From a candidate division Hyd24-12 bacterium UBA6080 (GTDB lineage Bacteria > Fermentibacterota > Fermentibacteria > Fermentibacterales > JCC-6), in contig DIXM01000002.1 in NCBI GenBank assembly GCA_002436025.1, forward strand, positions 106,932 to 170,931: a stretch of DNA of 64,000 nt. Reading direction: 5' to 3'. Positions 40,039 through 48,791 of this stretch are shown here, piece by piece. The position numbers were made by a program, and so were the translations under genes. Every line of letters starts with the position of its first letter. Within the stretch, counting starts at the first letter, position 1. Under the pieces are notes generated by a model. That model was not told the DNA's origin, did no database searches, and was given only the letters and a program-made list of their open reading frames with translations.

Positions 40039-40826
40039 CGTCCGTCGACATCAACTTCGGCTAATTCTTCGGGAACCAGGGGAATTGCTCTGGGATGCCG
40101 GTTGGACAGCCACAGATGCAAAGGTGAAGCCAGGTCTGCATAACCAACCTGATCAAGAAGGTACCCAAGGCGTTGAACATCAGTGGTGTTAACAATGGGC
40201 GCCAAAGCGACCAGCGCTCTTTTTTCCATTCTGTCTGCCAGTTCAGAAAGTACGGTGGCAACATTTCCCAGGTTTCCAGCAGCGGCCGGATAACGCACCA
40301 GATCGAATGCGGTGGTCTCCGGGGTGGCGACCCGCAAGGTTCCTGTCTCTGTCTGCTTGGGAACCACAGGAAAGTGCTCGATGGATCTGTTCATGTAGAA
40401 CCGAAGTGCAACCCTGCCTGCACGCATCTCCCTGATCGGCTTGCGGGTAATCACCTGAAAAACCATTGGTTGCTGGTGAGTCGCTCCGTGAACGGCTGCA
40501 GCACTGAGCAATCCGACGTAGTAGGGCTGTTCGAGAAAACGCATCAGGTCATCGATGAACCAGTTTGCCGGTGGCGATCCAACAGACCTGTACTCCGGAG
40601 GGACTATGACGTAAAACCCGCGGTGGGGAGAAACGATAAGTTTTTGCTGCTTCAACCGCCGAAGTGCGTTCTGCACTCCCAAAAAAGAACGGCCAGTATC
40701 AGACTCCACCTGGGAGCGGGTAAATGAGTAGCGTCCCGTGGACTGGAGGTGATAAACCCACTGAGCCATTGCCATCGGTTGTTCCATAGTGACTGCTCCT
40801 CCGTGATTCATGCATTCCACTTGCAT
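39996..40826 (-). CDS. AbiEi-family antitoxin/transcriptional regulator (type IV TA)
   Basis: The motif 'QVESDTGRSFLGVQNALRRLKQQKLIVSPHRGFYVIVPPEY' is an AbiEi N-terminal wHTH, and the C-terminal domain is present. The gene is followed by (decayed) abiEii. Confidence 0.7.
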   Translation of the reverse strand: MQVECMNHGGAVTMEQPMAMAQWVYHLQSTGRYSFTRSQVESDTGRSFLGVQNALRRLKQQKLIVSPHRGFYVIVPPEYRSVGSPPANWFIDDLMRFLEQPYYVGLLSAAAVHGATHQQPMVFQVITRKPIREMRAGRVALRFYMNRSIEHFPVVPKQTETGTLRVATPETTAFDLVRYPAAAGNLGNVATVLSELADRMEKRALVALAPIVNTTDVQRLGYLLDQVGYADLASPLHLWLSNRHPRAIPLVPEELAEVDVDGRWHILPNVDLELET

Positions 40827-40856
40827 ATACTAGCACATTGTGATGGCATACGCAAG
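40820..40856. promoter_or_regulatory. Imperfect inverted repeat 'cttgcatat...atacgcaag' immediately upstream of the minus-strand abiEi: candidate operator
   Basis: The arms are 9 bp with one mismatch, and the repeat lies directly 5' of the abiEi start at 40826. Confidence 0.3.
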
Positions 40857-41026
40857 TGACACGCATTGTCGCCGCAATCATTACGGGAACGGTTGAGCGA
40901 CGCCAAAGCACTCCCGGCAAGGTCATTGATGATGCCATGGGGGCTTTCTCCGGTGTGATGGGGGAATGGCTGCGGCTTCTGGGGTGAGTTTCCTCGATGA
41001 TCGGCTGAAGGACATCTATACTGAGG

Positions 41027-41064
41027 TGCTTGTCCGGCGGAAAACCACTCTGGGGTTGTGACAG
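41027..41064 (+). repeat. Degenerate direct repeat R1, paired with 41822-41858, flanking the 41168-41713 ORF
   Basis: The sequence 'tgcttgtccggcggaaaaccactctggggttgtgacag' compares with 'tgcttgcccggcggaaaaccaccccgggttgtgaccg' at about 88% identity. Confidence 0.6.
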
Positions 41065-41090
41065 GGAACACATCTGATGCCGACCCCCTC

Positions 41091-41163
41091 TTCCTGGCTG
41101 CTTTGTCTTGAATGGATACAGAGGCGCAGGGAGTTCTTACCAGAGATCGCCGACCTGCTCGTT
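41091..41163 (+). repeat. Copy B: a diverged relic of the MBOAT 3' end, 5.1 kb downstream of the intact gene
   Basis: The sequence 'ttcctggctgctttgtcttgaatggatacagaggcgcagggagttcttaccagagatcgccgacctgctcgtt' would translate to 'LEWIQRRREF...' like the MBOAT C-terminus, then diverges. Confidence 0.8.
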
Positions 41164-41167
41164 TTTG

Positions 41168-41713
41168 CTACCGGGCCAGGAAGAAGTAGAGAGAGTTAAC
41201 CGTTGTGCCCTCTGCAGGTGTGACTTTTCCATTCACGGAGATCAGGGATTCGGGTCTCCTGCGGCCGGTCCGGGCAACAGCTATTGTGGCTTTTTCAAAA
41301 CGCACGCCGTCACTGCGGCCGCTTGAGCAGTTCACTTTCGTGGGTGATATGAACCCATCGGGAAGTGATTTGTTCCCTGCAAGCATCTGTTCTCTGAATT
41401 TCTGTCTGTCTTCCCCGGTTGCAGCTTTGGAGCCCGTGCGAAGCTCTCCGCAGAAACAGCTCTGGCCGTCAACTCGAACATCCAGATCGAATGTAAGACC
41501 GAATGCGTGCTCCACTCCAACCCAGGCGATGTCGTATTTGAGCCACAGCCTGTAGTTGCCTCCGTCAGCCGGAGCTGCCTGCAGGGAGAACTCTTCTGCG
41601 GGTTTGGCTTCTGTTCCTGCAACCTGACCCTTGGGTTTCACCATCAGATAGATTACGAACGCAATGAAGAAAACACCGGCAATGATGGCCATGGTGATTA
41701 TCCCGGAACCCAT
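41168..41713 (-). CDS. Hypothetical membrane-anchored protein (N-terminal TM helix plus extracytoplasmic domain)
   Basis: The N-terminus 'MGSGIITMAIIAGVFFIAFVIYLMV' is a TM helix. I recognise no family. The gene is flanked by degenerate direct repeats. Confidence 0.45.
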   Translation of the reverse strand: MGSGIITMAIIAGVFFIAFVIYLMVKPKGQVAGTEAKPAEEFSLQAAPADGGNYRLWLKYDIAWVGVEHAFGLTFDLDVRVDGQSCFCGELRTGSKAATGEDRQKFREQMLAGNKSLPDGFISPTKVNCSSGRSDGVRFEKATIAVARTGRRRPESLISVNGKVTPAEGTTVNSLYFFLAR

Positions 41714-41821
41714 TTCATACCTCCGGACGCATATTGCCAGCAGCAGTTTTCAGGCCTTTTGCTCGTTCCCATTATAAAACAACAGCGGATGAAGGGCAGG
41801 CGCCGGGCATCTTTGGGGACC

Positions 41822-41858
41822 TGCTTGCCCGGCGGAAAACCACCCCGGGTTGTGACCG
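41822..41858 (+). repeat. Degenerate direct repeat R1' (partner of 41027-41064)
   Basis: See R1. Confidence 0.6.
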
Positions 41859-42242
41859 TTCGCTGCTGCCTCGCTTAGATTGCTACAAGACAATGATATT
41901 GGTTCGCTTTTCCTGTTAGAGTCAATGCATTGACCTTAACTTCATGCAGTTCGCCGGGTTTGGCGGGTATCCCCGGGGGCTTCCCGAGGCAATACTGGCT
42001 AACCCCTCTTTCTTTGTATGGGAGACATCATCGAAAAGGTTCGCCTTCGTGACCGCCATGCTTCCATGGCATATGCGATGTGCAGGAGCTGTCTGGATGC
42101 GGTGCGCGCTGCGCTCTTGAACCAGTCCAGATAATCGGGCAGGTATTCGGAGTGAAAGTGGGGCAGGTTGAGAAGGTCGAAGGGTTTTCCATGTTCTGTC
42201 CCCGGGCGATCGACCGTATCTGTCACAAATACAACCATCTTT

Positions 42243-42259
42243 GTTACAAAGTTTGTAAC
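42243..42259. promoter_or_regulatory. Perfect 17-bp palindrome 'gttacaaagtttgtaac': candidate regulator-binding site
   Basis: The exact reverse-complement symmetry can be seen directly in the sequence. It lies in a ~790-bp sparsely coding interval. Confidence 0.35.
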
Positions 42260-42424
42260 GTTGCATAGGGTAGTGCGGGTCTTGCAGGGATACCCGTTCT
42301 TTGTTCGGTGTGTCAAGTAGTTGTATGGAATGATCTTACCAGTTGTCTTCACCTTGGCTTTCACTTCGGCGAGATCAACCCGGAATTGCCGTTGACGGAT
42401 TCTCATACTCATCCTTGCGTGATA

Positions 42425-42441
42425 CTTCCACAGAATGGAAG
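42425..42441. promoter_or_regulatory. Inverted repeat CTTCCA-n5-TGGAAG in the abiEi promoter region: candidate AbiEi operator
   Basis: It is a perfect 6-bp inverted-repeat pair. The motif 'atacttcca' recurs at 42482-42490, and a second palindrome 'gcaaatgtttgc' lies at 42467-42478. All sit 15-80 bp upstream of the abiEi ATG. Confidence 0.45.
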
Positions 42442-42503
42442 TTTCTTGCACAGTTTGCGGTTGCTCGCAAATGTTTGCATAATACTTCCATGAAGAGGGA
42501 GGC

Positions 42504-43160
42504 TTGATGGAAAAGCTGTCGGAGCTGCTTTTGAAACTGGGTTTCGCTGGCAGGGTCGTATCCAAAGCCGTGATCTCCAGTCTTCTTGAGGGCGGTGATG
42601 CAAGAAGATGGGGCCTTGTGAACAGAGCTTTGAAAAAGGGCGAGTTGATAAGGCTGAAGAGGGGTCTTTATGCACTCGATCCCGGGATCGGCGGTGTATC
42701 TCCCGGGCCCTTCGTGATTGCCAACAGGATCGTTCCGGAGAGCTATGTATCCATGGAATCTGCCCTGGGATACCACGGCTGGCTTCAGGAGGAGCCGGCA
42801 GCAGTTTACAGCGCAATTCCCCGGGGCAGGGCAAACAGCTGCGCCAACGCCTTCGGGAGGTTTGTCTATCGCAGGGTACCGATCACCGGTAGGAGCTTCC
42901 TGCTGGGAGTGGAAAGACAGTCTTCGGGCGGTTCGGCGTATCTGATCGCCGGCTTGGAAAGGGCGCTTGTTGACACTCTTTCAGCAAGAGACCTTGAGTG
43001 GGAGGGAATCAACGCCCTTGAGGCAGAACTGCGTATCGATCCGGGTCTTCTTGGGAATCTGGATCTGAATCTTTTAAGGGAACTGTCCGCAGGGTGCCGA
43101 TCCCGGACACTGAGGAAGTATCTCGGTTCACTGCGGTTCGCTTTGGGAGGTGAAGCGTGA
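42504..43160 (+). CDS. AbiEi-family antitoxin/transcriptional autoregulator
   Basis: The wHTH 'RVVSKAVISSLLEGGDARRWGLVNRALKKGELIRLKRGLYAL' is followed by a C-terminal domain. The stop overlaps the abiEii start (ATGA/GTGA style), and inverted repeats lie in the upstream region. Confidence 0.75.
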   Translation: MMEKLSELLLKLGFAGRVVSKAVISSLLEGGDARRWGLVNRALKKGELIRLKRGLYALDPGIGGVSPGPFVIANRIVPESYVSMESALGYHGWLQEEPAAVYSAIPRGRANSCANAFGRFVYRRVPITGRSFLLGVERQSSGGSAYLIAGLERALVDTLSARDLEWEGINALEAELRIDPGLLGNLDLNLLRELSAGCRSRTLRKYLGSLRFALGGEA

Positions 43161-43996
43161 TCCACCCCATGATCATGGACAGACTGGAGAAGGACGCCGG
43201 TCACTCCTTTGAAGAGAGAAGGAAGCTCTTCAGGGAGATAGTTCAGGAGGTGGCGATCTATTCACTCTCTGCGGCAGGCTTCTTTGAGAAGGCTGTTTTT
43301 CACGGTGGAACCGAACTGCGCATCGTTCACTCCCTGCCCCGTTTTTCGGAAGACCTTGATTTCCTGTTGAGGCGACCTGATCCGGGCTTTTCCTGGAAGG
43401 AGTACCGGGAAAGGCTGCTGGATACATTCCATCGTTTCGGTCTGAATCCCGCGATCAGGGAAAGACCTTCCGGCAAAGGCGCCATCAAAGCGATAATGCT
43501 TGTTGACACCACCCGAATCGGGGTTTCTCCTTCTGGAACGGAAGGGTACACCCGGATACGCCTTGAGATAGACACTGACCCGCCACCGGGGACAGGTGTT
43601 TCAAGTGCTTTTCTGGATTTTCCCATTCCCCATGAGGTTGTCGTGTCCGACCTCTCCTCGTCATTTGCGCTCAAGTGCCACGCGCTGCTCTGCCGCTCCT
43701 GGATGAAAGGGAGGGACTGGTTCGATCTTTTGTGGTTCCTTGCCCGGGGTGTCCGGCCCGGAATGATTCTGCTTGCCAGTTCACTCGATCAGACCGGGCC
43801 GTGGGCGGGCAAGGGGTTGAAAACCAGTGAAAGCTGGCTTTTGGAAGCGCTGGCCCAGAGGGTGCATGAAATGGACCTGGAGAGGGTAAAGGGTGACATT
43901 CTGCCCTTCGTAAGCGGGGAAGAAAGGTCATCGGTTGAGTCATGGAGCAGGGAAATGTTCCTTCACTATATCCGCAGGGCCTTCGCTTCCCGATGA
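43157..43996 (+). CDS. AbiEii/AbiGii nucleotidyltransferase toxin (DUF1814)
   Basis: The motif 'FHGGTELRIVHSLPRFSEDLDFLL' is the NTase GS...D.D motif. The product is 279 aa and lies immediately downstream of abiEi. Confidence 0.8.
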   Translation: MIHPMIMDRLEKDAGHSFEERRKLFREIVQEVAIYSLSAAGFFEKAVFHGGTELRIVHSLPRFSEDLDFLLRRPDPGFSWKEYRERLLDTFHRFGLNPAIRERPSGKGAIKAIMLVDTTRIGVSPSGTEGYTRIRLEIDTDPPPGTGVSSAFLDFPIPHEVVVSDLSSSFALKCHALLCRSWMKGRDWFDLLWFLARGVRPGMILLASSLDQTGPWAGKGLKTSESWLLEALAQRVHEMDLERVKGDILPFVSGEERSSVESWSREMFLHYIRRAFASR

Positions 43997-44002
43997 TAGA
44001 GA

Positions 44003-47000
44003 GTGCCGGGACAGCAGTGGCATGCGATGATCGAAGCCCCCTCCCTTTTCCCCACGGTTCCTGTATCTTTCTTTTACTCAGTCGTTGGGAGGGGTGTGGG
44101 TAGAGTCTTCCTGACCTCCGTTGTTCTTGTTTGCTGCTCCTTTTTGTTCGCCTCCCCGGTGGTTCTCTCCGGGTGCGAGGTTGATTACCCCCCATTCTGC
44201 TTTGCTGATGATTCCGGCTCTGCCGCGGGGTTTTCCGTTGAGCTTCTGCGTGCCGCGCTGGGGGCTATGGGGCGTGATGTGTCCTTCGGGGTGGGACCCT
44301 GGGCGTCGGTGAAGGGATGGCTCGAGGAGGGGCTGGTCGAATGCCTTCCCCTGGTGGGAAGGACGCCCGAGCGCGAGGCCCTGTTCGATTTCACGTTCCC
44401 TTACATGTCACTGCACGGGGCGGTGGTTGTGAGGTCGGACTGCGATTCGATCCGTTCCGTCGAAGACCTTTCCGGTCTCGTCGTGGGAGTGATGGAGGGC
44501 GACAACGCCGAGGAGTTCCTTCTTCGCGGGGATTATGGGGTAACGCTTGTTTCCACCGCTTCTTTCGCGGAAGCGCTTTCAATGCTGTCCAATGGATCGG
44601 TTGACGCGGTGGTGGCCCAGAGGCTTGTGGCCATTCGCCTTGTTTCGGAGATGGGGCTTGTTGATCTGCGGGTGTTGGACTGGCCCATTCAGGGCTTCAG
44701 GCAGGATTGGTGTTTCGCTGTGAGGGAGGGGAACGACTCGCTTCTCGCAGTTCTGAACGAGGGCCTCTCCATCGTTATGGTTGACGGAACCTACTCGCAC
44801 CTGCATTCCAAATGGTTCGCTTCCATGGAAATGCCGCCCAGGGTCCTTGTTATGGCAGGGGACAGGAACTTCCCGCCTTACGAGTTCCTCGACTCGCTGG
44901 GCAACCCCGCTGGTTTGAACGTTGACCTTATGAGGGCCGTGGCGGCCGAGGTCGGGCTGGACATCGAGATCCGGCTGGGCGACTGGTCGTCGGTGCGTGC
45001 CGGTCTTCTGGATGGTTCGGTTGACGGGCTAACCGGGATGTTCTATTCACCCGGGCGCGATCTTGATTTCGGGTTCACCCAGCCCCACACGGTCGTTCAC
45101 TATGTGGCCGTGGTGAGGTCCGGGGATGCCCCGGCTTCCCTTGCCGAACTTTCCGGCCTGACGGTTGTGGTTCAGCGCGGCGACATCATGCACGACTACC
45201 TGCTGGACAACGGTTTTGATTCCCTTGGGCTCGTGTCGTCACAGGAGGAAGCCCTTCTTTGTGTTATATCGGGCGAGTACGACTGCGCGGTGGTCTCACG
45301 GGTGGGAGCTTTGTGGTTCATGGAACGGGAGGGGTGGGAGATTGTCCTTGGCAGGACTCCTTTGTTGTCACCCGGCTACTGCTTCGCCGTTGGCTCCGAG
45401 AACAGGGCCCTGCTGTCCCAGTTGAGCGAGGGGCTTAGTGTGGTTCACGAGACGGGGGCGTACCACCGGATCTTCGAGAAATGGATGGGCGGCTATGGTG
45501 AGACGCCTCCGGTTTCATTCCTGGAGATAGTGCGGCGCTCGCTTGTTGTTCTTGTCCCCCTGGCTTTTGTTCTGATCTGGGTGGGCCTGTGGCTCAGGCT
45601 GATGCGGCGCCAGGTCCGTCTTCGTACCACCGAGCTTCGCCGCAGCGAGTCCCTTCTCAATACAACCCAGCAGATAACCCGGATCGGGGGATGGGAGTAC
45701 GATGTTGCCGGCGGCAGGATGTTCTGGACGCGTGAAGCCTATGCCATCCATGACATGACACCCCCCGAAGACCCTTCGACCGTTGATGAGCACATATCGG
45801 CCAGCGTGCAGTGCTATCCGCACCCCGATCGTGAGAGGGTTTACTCTGCTTTCAATGCCTGCATGAAGACCGGAGAACCCTACGAGATGGAATGCCGTTT
45901 CACTTCGATGGCCGGACGGGAAATGTGGGTGCGCACAGCCGGCCGGGCGGTGCTTGTGGATGACGTTGTGGTAAGTGTTGCGGGGTACATACAGGACATA
46001 ACCGCTGAGAGGGAGGCAGGGGAACAGCTCCGCTACAAGGATTCCCTGCTTCGGGAGATGGGCAGCATAGCCCTAGTGGGGGGATGGGAGTTCGACCCCC
46101 GCACTGGCAGTGGAAGCTGGACGGATGAGGTGGCTTCCATCCACGGCTTGCCGCCAGGTGCAGGAGCCACCATGGAACTCGGGCTGAGTTTTTACACCGG
46201 CGAGTCGCGCCGGCGCATCCTTCGAGCCATCCGGGAAGCGACTGAATCGGGAACACCCTACGATCTGGAGCTTGAGCTCGTGACCCGGTCCGGAGAGAAG
46301 AAGTGGGTGCGCACGATCGGTCGTCCCGAGATTGTCGACGGGAAGGTTGAAAAGGTCCGGGGTTCATTCCAGGACATCACGTCGATGAAGGCCTCGGAAG
46401 CCCGCATAGCTCACCTGAACCTGGTGCTCCGGGCCATACGCGACGTGAACCAGCTCATCGTTCGCGAGACGGACCCCCAGGTTCTTATTGAAAAGGCCGC
46501 TGAGATCCTCGTGGACCATAGAAGCTACAGGTCTGCCCTGCTGGTCCGGGTGGACAGCTCCGGGCGCCCGATCTCCTGGACGGGGGAAGGGCTGGCGAAA
46601 GGCGTGGATGCGCTCGAAGCCTTGCTTGATTCCGGTCTCATTCCCGACTGCTTTTCACTGGTTCGTCAGGGTGAACAATGTTCGGTGGTGAACAGGAAGC
46701 TCACCTGCTCATCCTGTCCGCTTGGAAAAGCTTGTGAATCGGTGATTTCCCTCTGCGCGCCCCTTGACCACAAGAATGTACGGTACGGGTACCTGGCCGT
46801 GGCCATGCAGGATGACACCAGGGTGGACGAGGAGGAGATGGCCCTCCTCGCTGAGATGGCAGGTGACCTTGCGTACGCCCTGGCCGGTCTGCGGGAAAGC
46901 GAGGCCCTTGTTCAGGCCGAAGCCGACCGTGAGGAGATGCAGCGGCAGCTCCTTCAGAGCCAGAAGATGGAGGCAATAGGGCAGCTTGCCGGAGGGGTCG

Positions 47001-48094
47001 CCCATGACTTCAACAACATGCTGCAGGTTATCATGGGTCACGCCCAGATGCTTTCCGAACTCTGTGACCATGCCGATGCCGAGGCCGTACAGGGGATCAC
47101 CGAGATACTGCGCGGAGCGAAACGTGCCTCTGAACTCACGCGGCAGCTCCTTCTCTTCAGCCGCAGGCAGGTTATGACCCTTAAGACCCTTAACTACAAC
47201 GAGATAGTGGAGAACGTGCTCAAGATGATACGCCGTCTCATCGGCGAGCACATCAGACTTGAATGGCTTCCCGGTTCGTCCGTGGGGTCCGTGCAGGCCG
47301 ATGCCGGGATGATGGAACAGGTGCTGATGAACCTGTGCGTGAACGCCCGTGATGCCATGCCCACCGGCGGGGTGCTGACCATCGAGACGGCGAATGTGGT
47401 CATCGACTCGGACTACTGCAGGACCCACTCATGGGCAAGGCCCGGCCGGTTCGTGCTGCTGTCGGTGACCGACACCGGGGTGGGAATGGACCGCGAAACC
47501 CTCGACCGCGTGTTCGAGCCGTTCTACACCACGAAGGAGGAGGGGAAGGGAACCGGCATCGGCCTCGCCACCGTTTACGGCATCGTGAAGCAGCACGACG
47601 GGATGATCGGCGCCTACAGCGAGCCCGGCAAAGGGTCGCTCTTCAAGGTGTACCTTCCCATGACCGAACAGAAAGCCGTCAAGGTCGGGGTTCACCTCGA
47701 GGGGGCCGCCGTCGGTGGAACCGAAACCGTGCTTCTTGCCGAAGATGACGAACTGGTGCGCGAACTTGCCCGCAAGATGCTGGAGAGGGCCGGGTACACC
47801 GTTCTCGTGGCGGTTGACGGTGAGGATGCCATTGAGGTGTTCCGCGCAGCCCCCCGGGTGGACCTGCTTCTTCTCGACGTCATCATGCCCAGGCTTGGGG
47901 GGCACGATGCGCTCGACCGCATCCGCGCCATCAGGCCCGACGTGCCCGCGCTGTTCTCAAGCGGTTACAGCGAGAACGCCATACACACCAACTTCGTTCT
48001 GCACGAGGGGCTTGCCCTTGTTCAGAAACCCTACTCATCGGTTGAACTGCTGAGGGCGGTTCGCAAGGCGCTGGACCAGCCCGGGATCAGATGA
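44003..48094 (+). CDS. Hybrid sensor histidine kinase: 2x periplasmic solute-binding (SBP_bac_3-like) domains, TM, PAS x2-3, GAF-like, HisKA, HATPase_c and a C-terminal receiver
   Basis: HisKA 'LAGGVAHDFNNMLQVIMGHAQML' and the HATPase motifs 'DTGVGM...GTGIGLATV' are present. The receiver has 'VLLAEDDELV...LLLLDVIMP'. Two ~230-aa blocks resembling amino-acid-binding proteins lie before the TM helix 'LVVLVPLAFVLIWVGLWL'. Confidence 0.85.
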   Translation: MPGQQWHAMIEAPSLFPTVPVSFFYSVVGRGVGRVFLTSVVLVCCSFLFASPVVLSGCEVDYPPFCFADDSGSAAGFSVELLRAALGAMGRDVSFGVGPWASVKGWLEEGLVECLPLVGRTPEREALFDFTFPYMSLHGAVVVRSDCDSIRSVEDLSGLVVGVMEGDNAEEFLLRGDYGVTLVSTASFAEALSMLSNGSVDAVVAQRLVAIRLVSEMGLVDLRVLDWPIQGFRQDWCFAVREGNDSLLAVLNEGLSIVMVDGTYSHLHSKWFASMEMPPRVLVMAGDRNFPPYEFLDSLGNPAGLNVDLMRAVAAEVGLDIEIRLGDWSSVRAGLLDGSVDGLTGMFYSPGRDLDFGFTQPHTVVHYVAVVRSGDAPASLAELSGLTVVVQRGDIMHDYLLDNGFDSLGLVSSQEEALLCVISGEYDCAVVSRVGALWFMEREGWEIVLGRTPLLSPGYCFAVGSENRALLSQLSEGLSVVHETGAYHRIFEKWMGGYGETPPVSFLEIVRRSLVVLVPLAFVLIWVGLWLRLMRRQVRLRTTELRRSESLLNTTQQITRIGGWEYDVAGGRMFWTREAYAIHDMTPPEDPSTVDEHISASVQCYPHPDRERVYSAFNACMKTGEPYEMECRFTSMAGREMWVRTAGRAVLVDDVVVSVAGYIQDITAEREAGEQLRYKDSLLREMGSIALVGGWEFDPRTGSGSWTDEVASIHGLPPGAGATMELGLSFYTGESRRRILRAIREATESGTPYDLELELVTRSGEKKWVRTIGRPEIVDGKVEKVRGSFQDITSMKASEARIAHLNLVLRAIRDVNQLIVRETDPQVLIEKAAEILVDHRSYRSALLVRVDSSGRPISWTGEGLAKGVDALEALLDSGLIPDCFSLVRQGEQCSVVNRKLTCSSCPLGKACESVISLCAPLDHKNVRYGYLAVAMQDDTRVDEEEMALLAEMAGDLAYALAGLRESEALVQAEADREEMQRQLLQSQKMEAIGQLAGGVAHDFNNMLQVIMGHAQMLSELCDHADAEAVQGITEILRGAKRASELTRQLLLFSRRQVMTLKTLNYNEIVENVLKMIRRLIGEHIRLEWLPGSSVGSVQADAGMMEQVLMNLCVNARDAMPTGGVLTIETANVVIDSDYCRTHSWARPGRFVLLSVTDTGVGMDRETLDRVFEPFYTTKEEGKGTGIGLATVYGIVKQHDGMIGAYSEPGKGSLFKVYLPMTEQKAVKVGVHLEGAAVGGTETVLLAEDDELVRELARKMLERAGYTVLVAVDGEDAIEVFRAAPRVDLLLLDVIMPRLGGHDALDRIRAIRPDVPALFSSGYSENAIHTNFVLHEGLALVQKPYSSVELLRAVRKALDQPGIR

Positions 48095-48106
48095 TCGCTT
48101 CGGCCG

Positions 48107-48529
48107 TCAGAACCGGGATTTCCTTACCGTGCCATCGGGGAACACCCGGTACTCGTTTATCACCCCTGCTGCATTGCCTGTGTAAACCGTGTAGTTGCAA
48201 AGCAATCCCGAATCGTTCCACTCCACAAAGACCTGCATGCGCAAACTTCCGCCTCTCAGCCCTCCGGTGTCCACCTCGTCCTCGCCCGAAGGCACGGTGA
48301 AGGTGTAGCCTGGTTCGGCAGGGTAGTCGTAACGCCAGTCCTCGGCATTGTCCATCATGTTCGTCACCCGTTCGAAGTCGTCACCAAGGACTGCCAGGAC
48401 GTCTTCGGTGTTCATTCCCAACTCGAGGTTGTTGATTACATGGCTAAGGGTAACTTCCCCGGCCGGGCCGGTACCTTGGGCGGCAACCGACACGGCTGTG
48501 GCAAGAGCCGTGATGACAAGTTTTTTCAT
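48107..48529 (-). CDS. Small secreted hypothetical protein (signal peptide)
   Basis: The N-terminus 'MKKLVITALATAVSVAAQG' is a signal peptide. The product is 140 aa. Confidence 0.45.
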   Translation of the reverse strand: MKKLVITALATAVSVAAQGTGPAGEVTLSHVINNLELGMNTEDVLAVLGDDFERVTNMMDNAEDWRYDYPAEPGYTFTVPSGEDEVDTGGLRGGSLRMQVFVEWNDSGLLCNYTVYTGNAAGVINEYRVFPDGTVRKSRF

Positions 48530-48791
48530 GAAGCCTCCGTTTCAACTTGACCGATGATACATCCGGGCTGTTTTACGGTAAAGCTGGTACCCATGCCTGC
48601 AGATTTGAGCCGGGAGCATTCGAGAAACGCATCACACGGCAATTGGAGATGTTGAACACCTTCGCTCGAGCTTTCAAGGAGCCGGTGCTCATGGATCACC
48701 GGGGAAGCGGTGTTCACGGGATGCCCTGCGAACGCAGCCGTTACGGCCTTCCTGGGCCGCGCCAGACGATTGGTGAGCCTGGTCTTCTCGC

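Noticed and set aside
41999-42565. A 188-aa minus-strand ORF divergent from abiEi
   Set aside because: It has no recognisable family. It overlaps the abiEi start and the operator-like repeats, and the interval is AT-richer and more probably regulatory. A shorter real gene starting near 42409 cannot be excluded.
46709-47428. Long antisense ORFs (239 aa and others) inside the hybrid histidine-kinase gene; similarly 50324-51133 and 53783-54847
   Set aside because: Their amino-acid composition is Arg/Gly/Pro-rich and typical of high-GC antisense strands. Each lies opposite a strongly supported multidomain CDS.
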